Shown: piece by piece, positions 25,751 to 34,655 of the stretch
Layout: each line of letters begins with the position of its first letter
Numbering within the stretch: the first letter of the stretch is position 1
NCBI GenBank assembly: GCA_963768855.1
Contig: CAVYJM010000006.1
Span: 320,001-384,000, forward strand
Source of the DNA: an uncultured Thermoplasmata archaeon
GTDB taxonomy: Archaea; Thermoplasmatota; Thermoplasmata; RBG-16-68-12
Reading direction: 5' to 3'
Length of the DNA stretch: 64,000 nt
Notes under the pieces: generated by a model
Seen by the model: only the letters and a program-made list of their open reading frames with translations
Told to the model about the DNA's origin: nothing
Databases searched by the model: none
Translations under genes and position numbers: made by a program

Positions 25751-26194
25751 ATGTCGAGAAGGAGTCGATCGACGGTCTTCCCCCAGCCGCCTTGGACGCA
25801 GGCGCCGTCCGAGGTCGAGGCCTGGATGTCCTCCACCGGCAGCCGCCGCGGACGCGGGGGGTCCCGCTTCCCCGGACCCACCCGGGTGAAGGGGTTCGAG
25901 GGCCCGCTCGCGGCGTCCGCTGAGGCCCGCCTCGTTCGCCGGATGGCCCGATTGGGCATCCAGCCCGCTGCCGAAGGGTTCGAGCATCTCCCTCACGTTC
26001 TCGCCCGCCTCGTCCACCACGCTTCGCGACAGGTCTTCGTCGGCAAGGTCGGCAGCACCCGCGTCCTGATCCGGCTCCGGAAGGCAGCCCGCACGGGGCT
26101 CCGCATCACGTTCACGCCGCACGTCAACTTCCGGAGGGCCTGGAGGCTCCTCTCCCAACTCGGCGTGGATCCCTCGGAAGGGTCCTGGACCTGA
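25751..26194 (+). CDS. Hypothetical basic protein (147 aa)
   Basis: Track ORF with its own GGAACCTTTAT promoter-like element at about 25710-25720; composition only moderately protein-like. Confidence 0.5.
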   Translation: MSRRSRSTVFPQPPWTQAPSEVEAWMSSTGSRRGRGGSRFPGPTRVKGFEGPLAASAEARLVRRMARLGIQPAAEGFEHLPHVLARLVHHASRQVFVGKVGSTRVLIRLRKAARTGLRITFTPHVNFRRAWRLLSQLGVDPSEGSWT

Positions 26195-26233
26195 GGTCCC
26201 CAACGGAGGGTCGGTGGCGCCCGGGAGCAAGCG

Positions 26234-27604
26234 TCACACGCCACTCGTGTACCAGGCGCCTCCGCAGCAGTAGAGCGACGAGCCGTCCGCCTCGCCCCAG
26301 ATGGCGTAGTTCACGCCCGTGGTCGGGCTCACCGCGAGGCCGAAGTAGTCGCCGTCCGTGAACGCGTACCCCTGGGACGTCTTGTACGGTGCCCCGGAGC
26401 CGAGGTTCGAGAGCTTCACGTCCGCGATCCACTTGCCTCCTCCGTTCGTCGTGCGGGTGTACCAGGTGTTCCAGTCGCCGAGGCCGCCGCAGTTCCAGCA
26501 GGCCGCGTTGCGGTTGTCCTGCCATGCAAGTCGGAAGTCCCCCGCCGCCGGGCCGCTGGCCACGAGCGGGAAATTGCTGTCGCCGATGTCGTTCACGAGC
26601 GCGCGGCTGCTCCAGTGGACGCCGTCCGTCGAGGTCCGGATGTACAGCCCATGGGCCGCCCCGTTGACCGCGTTCATCGTGTACGCGAGCATGAGGTGGC
26701 CGGCCGCGTCCGCGGCGACCGAGCTCTGCGCGGCGAAGTAGTCCCCATAGCATCCAGAGATGACGCAGGGCGTGGGCGTCGCACTCGGGTCGATGTACGT
26801 GTTCGTCCAGCTCGTGCCGGCGTGGTTCATCCGGAGCACGAAGAGCTTCTGCACGCCTCCGGTGTGGCCGCCGTTCGTGATCGTCTTGCCCGCCCCGTTC
26901 GTCGTGGTCCCCGCCTCGCCTGCCTGGGCGAAATAGACGCTTCCGTCCGCGGCGTTGTAGGTTCCCCCGTAGGAGTACCACCAGAGGGTCTCATTGCTCG
27001 TCAGGACCTGGGTGAAGGTCTGGCCGTAGTCGTGGGACACGGCGACGTACGATGCGGTCTTCACGTTGAACGCGACGTAGACGTCCTGGCCCGTCGGCGA
27101 GATCTCGAGGATGGGCTTGTCGTTGTACGTGAGCGCGCCGTTCATCGTGAAGGGCCCGGACCACGTGGCCCCGTGGTCCATCGACTTGAAGAGGACGCTC
27201 CCGGGATTGAACGTCTGGAGGAACACGGCGTACACGGTGCCGTCTGTCGCGACCTTCAGCTGTGGGTCGAACTGCCATCCTTTCCCGCCCGCGAGGTAGA
27301 TTGGGTGGGCCGCGCCCCATGTGGATCCGCCGTCGGGCGAAGCGCGAACAAAGATGGCCGTGCCGGGGCACGCCGAGCAGGTCTTCGACGCGCTGATGTA
27401 GGTCACGGCCTGATAGACATAGGAGGAGGTCGGATCCACCGCAATGGTGGGCTCCCAGTACGCCCCGCCTCCCGGGAACGCCTGCTCGCTCGAGAACACG
27501 GGCCCGGATCCCGCCGGGCCCGCGGCGGCGAGCAGCGCGAATGCCTGAAGCAGGACGGCTCCGACGACCAGCGCACCGAGGATCGCGAGACGGACGGTTC
27601 GCAC
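26234..27604 (-). CDS. Secreted BNR/Asp-box beta-propeller (sialidase-like glycoside hydrolase fold)
   Basis: Signal peptide after GTG 27604; Asp boxes SPDGGSTW, SMDHGATW, SHDYGQTF, STDGVHW, TTNGGGKW; Cys pairs; GDY motif near the C-terminus. Confidence 0.85.
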   Translation of the reverse strand: MRTVRLAILGALVVGAVLLQAFALLAAAGPAGSGPVFSSEQAFPGGGAYWEPTIAVDPTSSYVYQAVTYISASKTCSACPGTAIFVRASPDGGSTWGAAHPIYLAGGKGWQFDPQLKVATDGTVYAVFLQTFNPGSVLFKSMDHGATWSGPFTMNGALTYNDKPILEISPTGQDVYVAFNVKTASYVAVSHDYGQTFTQVLTSNETLWWYSYGGTYNAADGSVYFAQAGEAGTTTNGAGKTITNGGHTGGVQKLFVLRMNHAGTSWTNTYIDPSATPTPCVISGCYGDYFAAQSSVAADAAGHLMLAYTMNAVNGAAHGLYIRTSTDGVHWSSRALVNDIGDSNFPLVASGPAAGDFRLAWQDNRNAACWNCGGLGDWNTWYTRTTNGGGKWIADVKLSNLGSGAPYKTSQGYAFTDGDYFGLAVSPTTGVNYAIWGEADGSSLYCCGGAWYTSGV

Positions 27605-27801
27605 TCGATTCCCCTCCTCATGCCTCCGGGCGGGATCCCCCGACCCGGGTCCCGGAGGCATCGCGAGGGGGCTATATCAGGGTTCTCGGGAGAGAGTGAG
27701 CAATTCGTGAACGATGCGGCGAAGAACGCGCCTTGCGTGGGCGATTCCGCCGGCGGACCGACGCGGCCAAAGCCTATAGCCGGAGGGTTCCATGGCCATC
27801 C

Positions 27802-28086
27802 GTGGACCTCGCCGGCCTGGTCGACAAGGACATCGAGCTCACGGAGCGCGCCCTGGGCAAGGTGAAGATCGCGCCACCGCGTCGCTCCCACTTGCGGAAG
27901 GTCGCCGAGGACTTCCTCACGATGGCCCGTTCCTACTACGAGGACGCAAAGCATTTCCGCGACAAGGGGGAGCTGGACAAGGCCCTCGCGAACATCAACT
28001 ACGCACACGGCTGGCTCGACGCCGGCGCCCGCGTCGGCCTCTTCGACGTCGGCGAGGACGACCAGCTTTTCACGCTCAGCGAGTGA
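27802..28086 (+). CDS. DUF357-family protein
   Basis: MARSYYEDAKHF...G....AL..INYAHGWLDAG..VG pattern; start ambiguous. Confidence 0.85.
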   Translation: MDLAGLVDKDIELTERALGKVKIAPPRRSHLRKVAEDFLTMARSYYEDAKHFRDKGELDKALANINYAHGWLDAGARVGLFDVGEDDQLFTLSE

Positions 28087-28087
28087 C

Positions 28088-28960
28088 TCAGAGGACGCGA
28101 GCGCCCTCGTTGTCGACCTCGCACCGCATGAGGGTGCCGAACTTCAGGTACAGGGTTGCGAGCTCCTCGCGGCCGCCCTCCGCGAAGATCGAATTGCCCA
28201 GCATCGCCATCGCGGCGCGGCCGAACATCCGGCTCGCCCGGACGACCTCCAAGACGGTCTTGCTCGCGAGGCCCGTGTCCTCCGCGAACCGATTGCCCAG
28301 GTCGAACAGGTGCCCGAGCGTCGGACTGCGCGCGAACTCCTCGATGCACGCGCCGCCGTAGCGGTTGATGGCCGCGACCTTCGCCGGGTCGCGAAGGACG
28401 GACTTCGTGCGCATCTCGGGGCCGATCACCGCGAGCAGGAGATTCCTGCGTACTTCGTACTTCCTCACGTCGGCGTGGCCGGGCGCCCCCGGCTCCTGGC
28501 GGAGGTCCATGCCGCCCAGGGAAGCGGGCACCACGTCCCCGAGTCCCGTGCCGCACTCGACCTCGGCGGTGTGGGCCAGGGCGACGAGCTCGTCCCGCTT
28601 GATCCCGGAGCCGAGCGCGTCGTCCAGGGCGAGCGTGGTGCTCAGCGCAGCCGCGGAGCTCACGCCGAACCCCTGGGACACGGGGAGCGGGCTCTCGCTC
28701 AGGATCTTGACCTCGCAGGAGCGGCCGCCGAGGACCTTCCGGGCCGCGGCCTCCGTGACCTCGGCTTTCGTCTTCCTCCCGTTCACGAGGATTTCGAGGG
28801 ACGCCTTCGGCGCGTCACGGACGCGGGCCACGGTCCGCACGCCGAGGGAGAGGGACAGGCCGGCCCCGCGGGATCCCTTCTTCCGGGGATCGGCGTCGTC
28901 ACAGACCTCGAAGAAGGCCGTCACGTGTCCGGGGCAGAACGCCTCACCCTGCGACACCAT
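28088..28960 (-). CDS. pok: Pantoate kinase (GHMP family)
   Basis: AFCPGHVTAFF, GSRGAG, PVSQGFGVSSA, AEVECGTGLGDV, AMLGNSIF; adjacent to coaBC. Confidence 0.88.
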   Translation of the reverse strand: MVSQGEAFCPGHVTAFFEVCDDADPRKKGSRGAGLSLSLGVRTVARVRDAPKASLEILVNGRKTKAEVTEAAARKVLGGRSCEVKILSESPLPVSQGFGVSSAAALSTTLALDDALGSGIKRDELVALAHTAEVECGTGLGDVVPASLGGMDLRQEPGAPGHADVRKYEVRRNLLLAVIGPEMRTKSVLRDPAKVAAINRYGGACIEEFARSPTLGHLFDLGNRFAEDTGLASKTVLEVVRASRMFGRAAMAMLGNSIFAEGGREELATLYLKFGTLMRCEVDNEGARVL

Positions 28961-30146
28961 GCAGGACGGCTCTCCAGATGCGTTCCGCGGCGAGCGCTTT
29001 CGGTCCCTCGAAGGTCGCGGACTTGCCTTTCGAATCGAAGATCGTGATCGAGGTCACGTCCCGTTTGACGTGCATCACATCGTTCCCCACGACCAGGTCC
29101 AAGCCCGCCTCCTTTAGCAGGCTCATCGCCTTCGCCTTGAGGTCCGCCGCGGTCACGCCGGCCTCGGCCTTGAAGCCGATGAGCGTGCCCTTCGTCGCCT
29201 TGCGCAACGCGACGAGGACCTTCGGCGTGGGTTCGAGGTCGAGCGTGAAGGCTCCCCCTCGGGAGGGGATCTTGCCCTTCCGCTTCCGGGGGGAGAAGTC
29301 GGCGATGGCGGCGGGGACCAAGCAGAAGTCCGCGTCCGCCTTCGACACCATGCCCGCCAGGTCCGCGGTCGTCTCGAACGGTTTCGTGGGAATCCAGGCG
29401 GGGACGGGCACCTCGTGCCGGCCCATCCACATCTCCACGTCGGCCCCGTGTTCGAAGGCCGCCCGCGCGAGTTCGACGCCCGTGCTGCCGCTGGATCGGT
29501 TCGACACGACGCGGATGTCGTCGATCGGTTCGACGGTCGAGCCCGCGATGACGAGGACCTTCTTGCCCGCGAGATCCCGCGGACCGAGCCGCCGCAGGAC
29601 GCGCGCGACGATCTCGTCGATGTCCGCGAGCTTGGCCTTGCTCTCCTCGCGCTTCGGCTCGACGAATTCGACGCCGAGGTCCCGGAGCTTCCGCACGTTC
29701 GCGAGGACGGCGGGATTGTCCATCATCGTCTCGTGCGCGGCCGGTGCGATCAGGATCGGGATGCTGGAGCCGAGGGCGTTGACCGCATACGTGGTCACGT
29801 TCGTGTCGTCGATCCCGTTCGCGATTTTGCTCAGGGTGTTCGACGTGCACGGGGCGATGAGCAGGAGGTCGGCCCTGCCGTCCTTGCCGCACATCTCCAG
29901 GTAGCGCATGGAGCCGTCCAGCTCCGTGTCGACCTCGTGGCCCGTCGCGAACTGCAGAGCGTTCGGGTGGACGATCGTAGTCCCCGCCCGCGAGACGACC
30001 GCATGGACGTCTGCCCCATGTCGGATGAGCTCGCGCGCCAGCTTGACCGTCTCGACCGCAGCGATGCTGCCGGTAACCCCGAGGACGATCGTCCTCCCTT
30101 GGAGTTTGAGGCTTCGCGCCCCGCGGATCCGGTCGGCCGGGTGCAT
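28944..30146 (-). CDS. coaBC: Phosphopantothenoylcysteine decarboxylase / phosphopantothenate-cysteine ligase
   Basis: VTGSIAAV, APCTSNTLSKIANGIDD, DDIRVVSNRSSG, GFKAE, VGND. Confidence 0.95.
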   Translation of the reverse strand: MHPADRIRGARSLKLQGRTIVLGVTGSIAAVETVKLARELIRHGADVHAVVSRAGTTIVHPNALQFATGHEVDTELDGSMRYLEMCGKDGRADLLLIAPCTSNTLSKIANGIDDTNVTTYAVNALGSSIPILIAPAAHETMMDNPAVLANVRKLRDLGVEFVEPKREESKAKLADIDEIVARVLRRLGPRDLAGKKVLVIAGSTVEPIDDIRVVSNRSSGSTGVELARAAFEHGADVEMWMGRHEVPVPAWIPTKPFETTADLAGMVSKADADFCLVPAAIADFSPRKRKGKIPSRGGAFTLDLEPTPKVLVALRKATKGTLIGFKAEAGVTAADLKAKAMSLLKEAGLDLVVGNDVMHVKRDVTSITIFDSKGKSATFEGPKALAAERIWRAVLHGVAG

Positions 30147-30246
30147 CGACCTGACGATTCGTCGCGCTCGATATATATCTATGGTCAGCGGGAGTGGGTT
30201 ACCTTTATCGCCCCGGGTCGGCCATGCATGGTCCGGAGGGAACCTT

Positions 30247-30681
30247 GTGCAGCCCGTCGCGACCGAGGCGCCGAAGCCTGTGGTCCGCCCGCGCCGAATT
30301 CGAATGCCTTCCGGTCCGAACCTCGTCGGAATCCTCGGTGTCCTCATCAGCATCCTGATCACCACGGGATTCCTGGCGTACCATGCCATGTCGTGGCTCC
30401 AGCTGCAGTGCCCCCCGAGCCTCGCGGGTTGTCCGTACCTGACACCCGTCCAGGCCGCCTACCAGTCAACCTTCTACGGGCTCGAACTGCTGTTCTTCGT
30501 CGCAGTCGATCTCGGGCTCGGCCTGAGCGTGGCCCTGGCGTTTCTCGCGGCGACGCGATCGGACATTCTCGAGAGCACGCGGCGGTCGCTCTTCTTCTTC
30601 GCGACGGTCTATCTCTTCGTCTGGTTCCTGGTCGGGTTGTTCGTCGTCCCTCCCTTCATCTCCGTCGTCCGGTTCTACTGA
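30247..30681 (+). CDS. Hypothetical membrane protein (3 TM)
   Basis: GTG start after GGAGG; three hydrophobic segments; CPPSLAGC loop. Confidence 0.75.
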   Translation: MQPVATEAPKPVVRPRRIRMPSGPNLVGILGVLISILITTGFLAYHAMSWLQLQCPPSLAGCPYLTPVQAAYQSTFYGLELLFFVAVDLGLGLSVALAFLAATRSDILESTRRSLFFFATVYLFVWFLVGLFVVPPFISVVRFY

Positions 30682-30738
30682 TTCCGTCCCCCGCGAGCCA
30701 AGCTTTAACCGCCGACTCCGGTTAACGCCCCGACTTCC

Positions 30739-32025
30739 ATGGACACCCAGGCCGCCCTGGAGCAACTCTACGGCCTCGAGCGCTTTGGAATCAAGCTCGG
30801 CCTCGAGAACATCCGCCGCCTGCTCGCCCTGGTCGGCGACCCCCAGGCGGGCCTTCAGGCCGTCCACGTGACCGGCACGAACGGGAAGGGCTCCGTCTGC
30901 GCGTACGTCGCGTCGGCCCTTCGGAAGGCCGGCTACCGGGTCGGGCTGTACACCTCGCCGCACCTCGTCCGGTTCAACGAGCGCATCCAGGTCGATGGCG
31001 TCCGGATCTCCGATGAGGACCTCCTGCGGCTCTGGGAGGGGATCCAGCCGGCGATGAAGGCCATGGACGGCGATCGCGCCGTCAACCGGCCCACCTTCTT
31101 CGAGGTGACGACCGCCATGGCGTTCGAGTACTTCCGGGAGCAGAAGGTGGACATTGCCTCCATCGAGGTGGGGATGGGTGGTCGCTTCGACGCGACGAAC
31201 GTCATCGACGGCCGCGTCGCCGTCATCGCGCGGGTGGGCCTCGAGCACACGGAGCACCTCGGTCGGACGGTCGACCGGATCGCGAGGGAGAAGGCGGGGA
31301 TCATCAAGCCGACCTCGCGGGTGGTGACCGTGGAGCAGGAGGCGCTCCCCGTGATCGAGCAACGCTGTCACGAGCTCGAGGTGCCACTTTCCGTCGTCGG
31401 CCGGGACGTGACCGTGGAACGGATTTCCCAGGACCTGTCGGGACAGCGCCTTGTGGTTCGCGGCTCCTTCGGGGAGATCGATGTCCGCACGCCCCTCCTC
31501 GGTTCTTTCCAGGTCGAGAACGTCGGGCTCGCGGTCGCGGCCCTCACGGAGCTCCGGAACGCAGGATTCCAGGTTCCCGATGCGGCGATCGCAGAGGGCA
31601 TCGCCTCGACCGAGTGGCCCGGCCGCCTCCAGAGGATCCGCCAGGATCCGCTCGTCCTCGTCGACGGGGCCCACAACGGCCCCGCCGCGGCCGCCCTGGC
31701 CTCCGCCTACGCGGAGCTCTTCCCGGCCCGAAAGTGCATCCTCGTCACGGGCATCCTCGCGGACAAGGATCTCCCGTCCATCGCCGCGTCCCTCGGGCCC
31801 CTCGCGAACCGCGTCATCGCATGCCGGCCGAAGAGCCACCGTGCGTACCATCCGGAAGAGGTCGCCTCCGCGTTCCGCCGATACGCCCCCGCGGAGGTCG
31901 TCCCCTCCGTGGCCGATGCGATTGACCGCGCCCTGACGGAGGCCGCAACGGGCGACATCGTCCTCATCACGGGATCCATCTACACCGCGGGGGAGGCCCT
32001 TGCGCACCTCGACGCGCGCCCGTGA
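30739..32025 (+). CDS. folC: Bifunctional folylpolyglutamate/dihydrofolate synthase
   Basis: HVTGTNGKGS, YTSPHL..FNERI, EVGMGGRFDATN, EKAGIIK, WPGR, DGAHN. Confidence 0.93.
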   Translation: MDTQAALEQLYGLERFGIKLGLENIRRLLALVGDPQAGLQAVHVTGTNGKGSVCAYVASALRKAGYRVGLYTSPHLVRFNERIQVDGVRISDEDLLRLWEGIQPAMKAMDGDRAVNRPTFFEVTTAMAFEYFREQKVDIASIEVGMGGRFDATNVIDGRVAVIARVGLEHTEHLGRTVDRIAREKAGIIKPTSRVVTVEQEALPVIEQRCHELEVPLSVVGRDVTVERISQDLSGQRLVVRGSFGEIDVRTPLLGSFQVENVGLAVAALTELRNAGFQVPDAAIAEGIASTEWPGRLQRIRQDPLVLVDGAHNGPAAAALASAYAELFPARKCILVTGILADKDLPSIAASLGPLANRVIACRPKSHRAYHPEEVASAFRRYAPAEVVPSVADAIDRALTEAATGDIVLITGSIYTAGEALAHLDARP

Positions 32026-32728
32026 TCGGATCGAGTTCATCCTGCGGGATCTCACGCGGAGGTACCTGCCGGGGCGGGACCTCCACCAGGGGGAGACCGC
32101 CCTCGCGAAGCTCATTGCGGAGACGGAGGACCCGTTCCGGGTCCTCATCTCGACGATCCTCTCCCAGCGCACGCGGGACGAGATGACGGAGAAGGCGTCG
32201 GCCCAGCTGTTCGCGAGGTACGACACCGCCGCGGCCCTTGCCGCCGCCCCGGTGGACGAGCTCGCCCGCCTCATCCACCCCGTGGGCTTCTACAACCAGA
32301 AGGCCGTGCAGATTCGCAAGGTGAGCCAGGCCCTGGTCGAGCGCTACGGCGGGCGCGTCCCCCGCTCCTACGAGGAGCTCATCGAGCTCCCCCAGGTGGG
32401 CCCGAAGACCGCGAACTGCGTCCTGGTGTACGGCTTCGGGGACCCGCGGATTCCCGTGGACACCCACGTCCACCGGGTCAGCAACCGCCTGGGCCTCGTG
32501 ACGACGAAGACGCCGCAGGCCACGGAGCAGGTCCTCATGCGGGTCGTCCCCGAGGAGTGGTGGCTCCACGTGAACGAGCTCTTCATCCGGTTCGGGAAGG
32601 ATCTCTGCCGGCCCATCGGCCCTCGGTGCGAGGCCTGCTCCTTCACGCCGTTCTGCCGCCACTACCGGACCGTCGTGTCGAAGAAGCCTCCAAGGCGCCG
32701 TGCACGGCCGCGGCCATCGCGTCGATGA
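32000..32728 (+). CDS. nth: Endonuclease III (HhH-GPD, 4Fe-4S)
   Basis: STILSQRT.D, LPQVGPKTA, VDTHV.R, C-x6-C-x2-C-x5-C; TTG start after GGGAGG. Confidence 0.93.
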   Translation: MRTSTRARDRIEFILRDLTRRYLPGRDLHQGETALAKLIAETEDPFRVLISTILSQRTRDEMTEKASAQLFARYDTAAALAAAPVDELARLIHPVGFYNQKAVQIRKVSQALVERYGGRVPRSYEELIELPQVGPKTANCVLVYGFGDPRIPVDTHVHRVSNRLGLVTTKTPQATEQVLMRVVPEEWWLHVNELFIRFGKDLCRPIGPRCEACSFTPFCRHYRTVVSKKPPRRRARPRPSRR

Positions 32729-33620
32729 ACGCGGGGTCCGTGTTCAGGGACTCGGCCCGGTCGAAGGCCATCCCGAGCCGCTCCGCGATCCCCCTCGCCT
32801 CGATGTCGAGGTCGTAAAGCAGTTCGAGGTGGTCCGAGATGAAGCCGAACGGGACGACGAGGACCGCGGTCTCCCCGACCTGGCCGAGCTCCTCGAGGAC
32901 TTTCTCGAGCGGCGGTCCCAGCCACGGTTCCGGCGTCCTGCCCGCGCTCTGCCAGGCCATCCCCGACCGGAGGGGCGGGAGCCCCTTCAGGATGCGGGCC
33001 CTCGTCTCCTGCAACTCCTTCTCGTAGTCGTCGCCCTCCTCCATCAATCTCTTCGGAAGGCTGTGGGCGGTGAACAGGACCACGGGGTCGGCGTGGCCCC
33101 GTGCGGCCAGGCGAGCGAGGGCCTCCTGGATCTTCGCGACGAACGCGTCGATGAGGGCGGGCTCCGTGTTCCAGCTCTCGATCGTGGTGAGCTCCGTCGG
33201 GGCGGCCAGCTCCGCCCGGGCCTCTTGGACGGCTCGGAGATACGCTCCGACGCTCCGGCGCGAGTGGTAGGGGGTCAAGGGCAGGACGACGATCCGGTCG
33301 AGGCCATCCGACACCATCTGCGCATACACGTCCCGGATGCGCGGGGTCCAGTTCCTCATCCCCACGTAGCACCGGAACGGCCCGCCATCGCGGTTCAGGC
33401 GATCCTCGAGGGCCTTCGCCTGGGCCAACGAGATCTCGAGGAGCGGGGATTTCCCGCCGATCTTCGCGTAGCGTTCCCGGAATTCCGCCACGAGGTCGGG
33501 TGGCGTCGGCCGGCCTCCTCGGATGTCGAGCAGGAACGGGCCCACCTCGTCGAGGGAGTTCGGTCCGCCCACGGCCGTGAGCAGCACGCCGGTCGTCGCC
33601 TTCGCCTCCTGGGACGTCAT
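32643..33620 (-). CDS. hemH: Ferrochelatase (likely coproporphyrin ferrochelatase)
   Basis: GGP, Y.KIGGKSP, GMRNW.P, FTAHS, WQS, WLGP, FISDHLE.LYDLD. Confidence 0.93.
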   Translation of the reverse strand: MTSQEAKATTGVLLTAVGGPNSLDEVGPFLLDIRGGRPTPPDLVAEFRERYAKIGGKSPLLEISLAQAKALEDRLNRDGGPFRCYVGMRNWTPRIRDVYAQMVSDGLDRIVVLPLTPYHSRRSVGAYLRAVQEARAELAAPTELTTIESWNTEPALIDAFVAKIQEALARLAARGHADPVVLFTAHSLPKRLMEEGDDYEKELQETRARILKGLPPLRSGMAWQSAGRTPEPWLGPPLEKVLEELGQVGETAVLVVPFGFISDHLELLYDLDIEARGIAERLGMAFDRAESLNTDPAFIDAMAAAVHGALEASSTRRSGSGGRTA

Positions 33621-33632
33621 CGTGTCGCCTCG

Positions 33633-34655
33633 TCATTGCGCAGTCGATTCATGGACGAACGTGACGAGACCCTGGAGGTTCTCGATGGGTGTGTCGGGCA
33701 GGACGCCATGGCCGAGGTTGAAGATGTGGCCCACGCGTCCGTCCGCCCGTTTCAGGACGTCCGCGGCCCCGGTGCGCCACGTGTCGGGCGGGCCGAGGAG
33801 CGCCGCCGGATCGAGGTTCCCCTGGAGGCCTCGATCCACGCCGACCCGATGCCACGCCGCATCGAGAGGGATACGCCAGTCGATCCCGATCACGTCGCCT
33901 CCCGCGGCGGCGAAGCTCTCCAGGAATCCGGCGGTCCCGGTACCGAAGTGGATGACCGGGACGCCCATCTCGCGGAGACCCGCGAACAGCCGGCGGGTGT
34001 GCGGCAGCACGTGCGCCGCGTAGTCGTGCGGACTCAGTGCCCCGGCCCAGCTGTCGAAGACCTGCAACGCCTGAGCGCCCGCCTGGACCTGCGCCCTCAG
34101 GTAGTCCGCCATCCCATCCGCGAGGAGCCCGAGGAGCCGGCCCCACGCCTCCGGATAGCGGTAGAGGAACGTCTTCGTCGCGACGAAGTCCTTCGTGGCC
34201 CCACCCTCCAGGAGGTAGCTGGCCAGGGTGAACGGAGCGCCGCAGAAACCGATGAAGGGCACGCTGGCCTTCGCCCGGACACGGCGGATCGTCTCGAGGA
34301 CGAACGGGACGTCCCGTTCCGGGTCGAGCGGCTTCAGGCCGCCGACGTCCTCCGGGGTCCGAATGGGCCTCTCGATCACGGGACCCTCCCCCGCGGCGAT
34401 TCGCACGGGGACGCCCATCGCCTCCAGCGGGATGAGCAGGTCCGCGAACAGGATCGCAGCGTCCACGCCGAGTTCCCGCAACGGCTGGAGCGTCACCTGG
34501 GTCGCGACCTCGGGATTCTTCACCATGTCCAGGATCCCGTGCTTCTCGCGGAGGGCGCGGTAGGACGGCGAGGATCGCCCCGCCTGGCGCATGAACCAGA
34601 CGGGCGTGCGGTCCACGGGCTCCCGCCAGCACGCCCGGAGGAAGCGGTCCTTCAC
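33633..34655 (-). CDS. hemE: Uroporphyrinogen decarboxylase
   Basis: PVWFMRQAGR, DAAILFAD, GAPFTLASY, FDSWAG, QGNLDP, FNLGHG. Confidence 0.96.
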   Translation of the reverse strand: MKDRFLRACWREPVDRTPVWFMRQAGRSSPSYRALREKHGILDMVKNPEVATQVTLQPLRELGVDAAILFADLLIPLEAMGVPVRIAAGEGPVIERPIRTPEDVGGLKPLDPERDVPFVLETIRRVRAKASVPFIGFCGAPFTLASYLLEGGATKDFVATKTFLYRYPEAWGRLLGLLADGMADYLRAQVQAGAQALQVFDSWAGALSPHDYAAHVLPHTRRLFAGLREMGVPVIHFGTGTAGFLESFAAAGGDVIGIDWRIPLDAAWHRVGVDRGLQGNLDPAALLGPPDTWRTGAADVLKRADGRVGHIFNLGHGVLPDTPIENLQGLVTFVHESTAQ

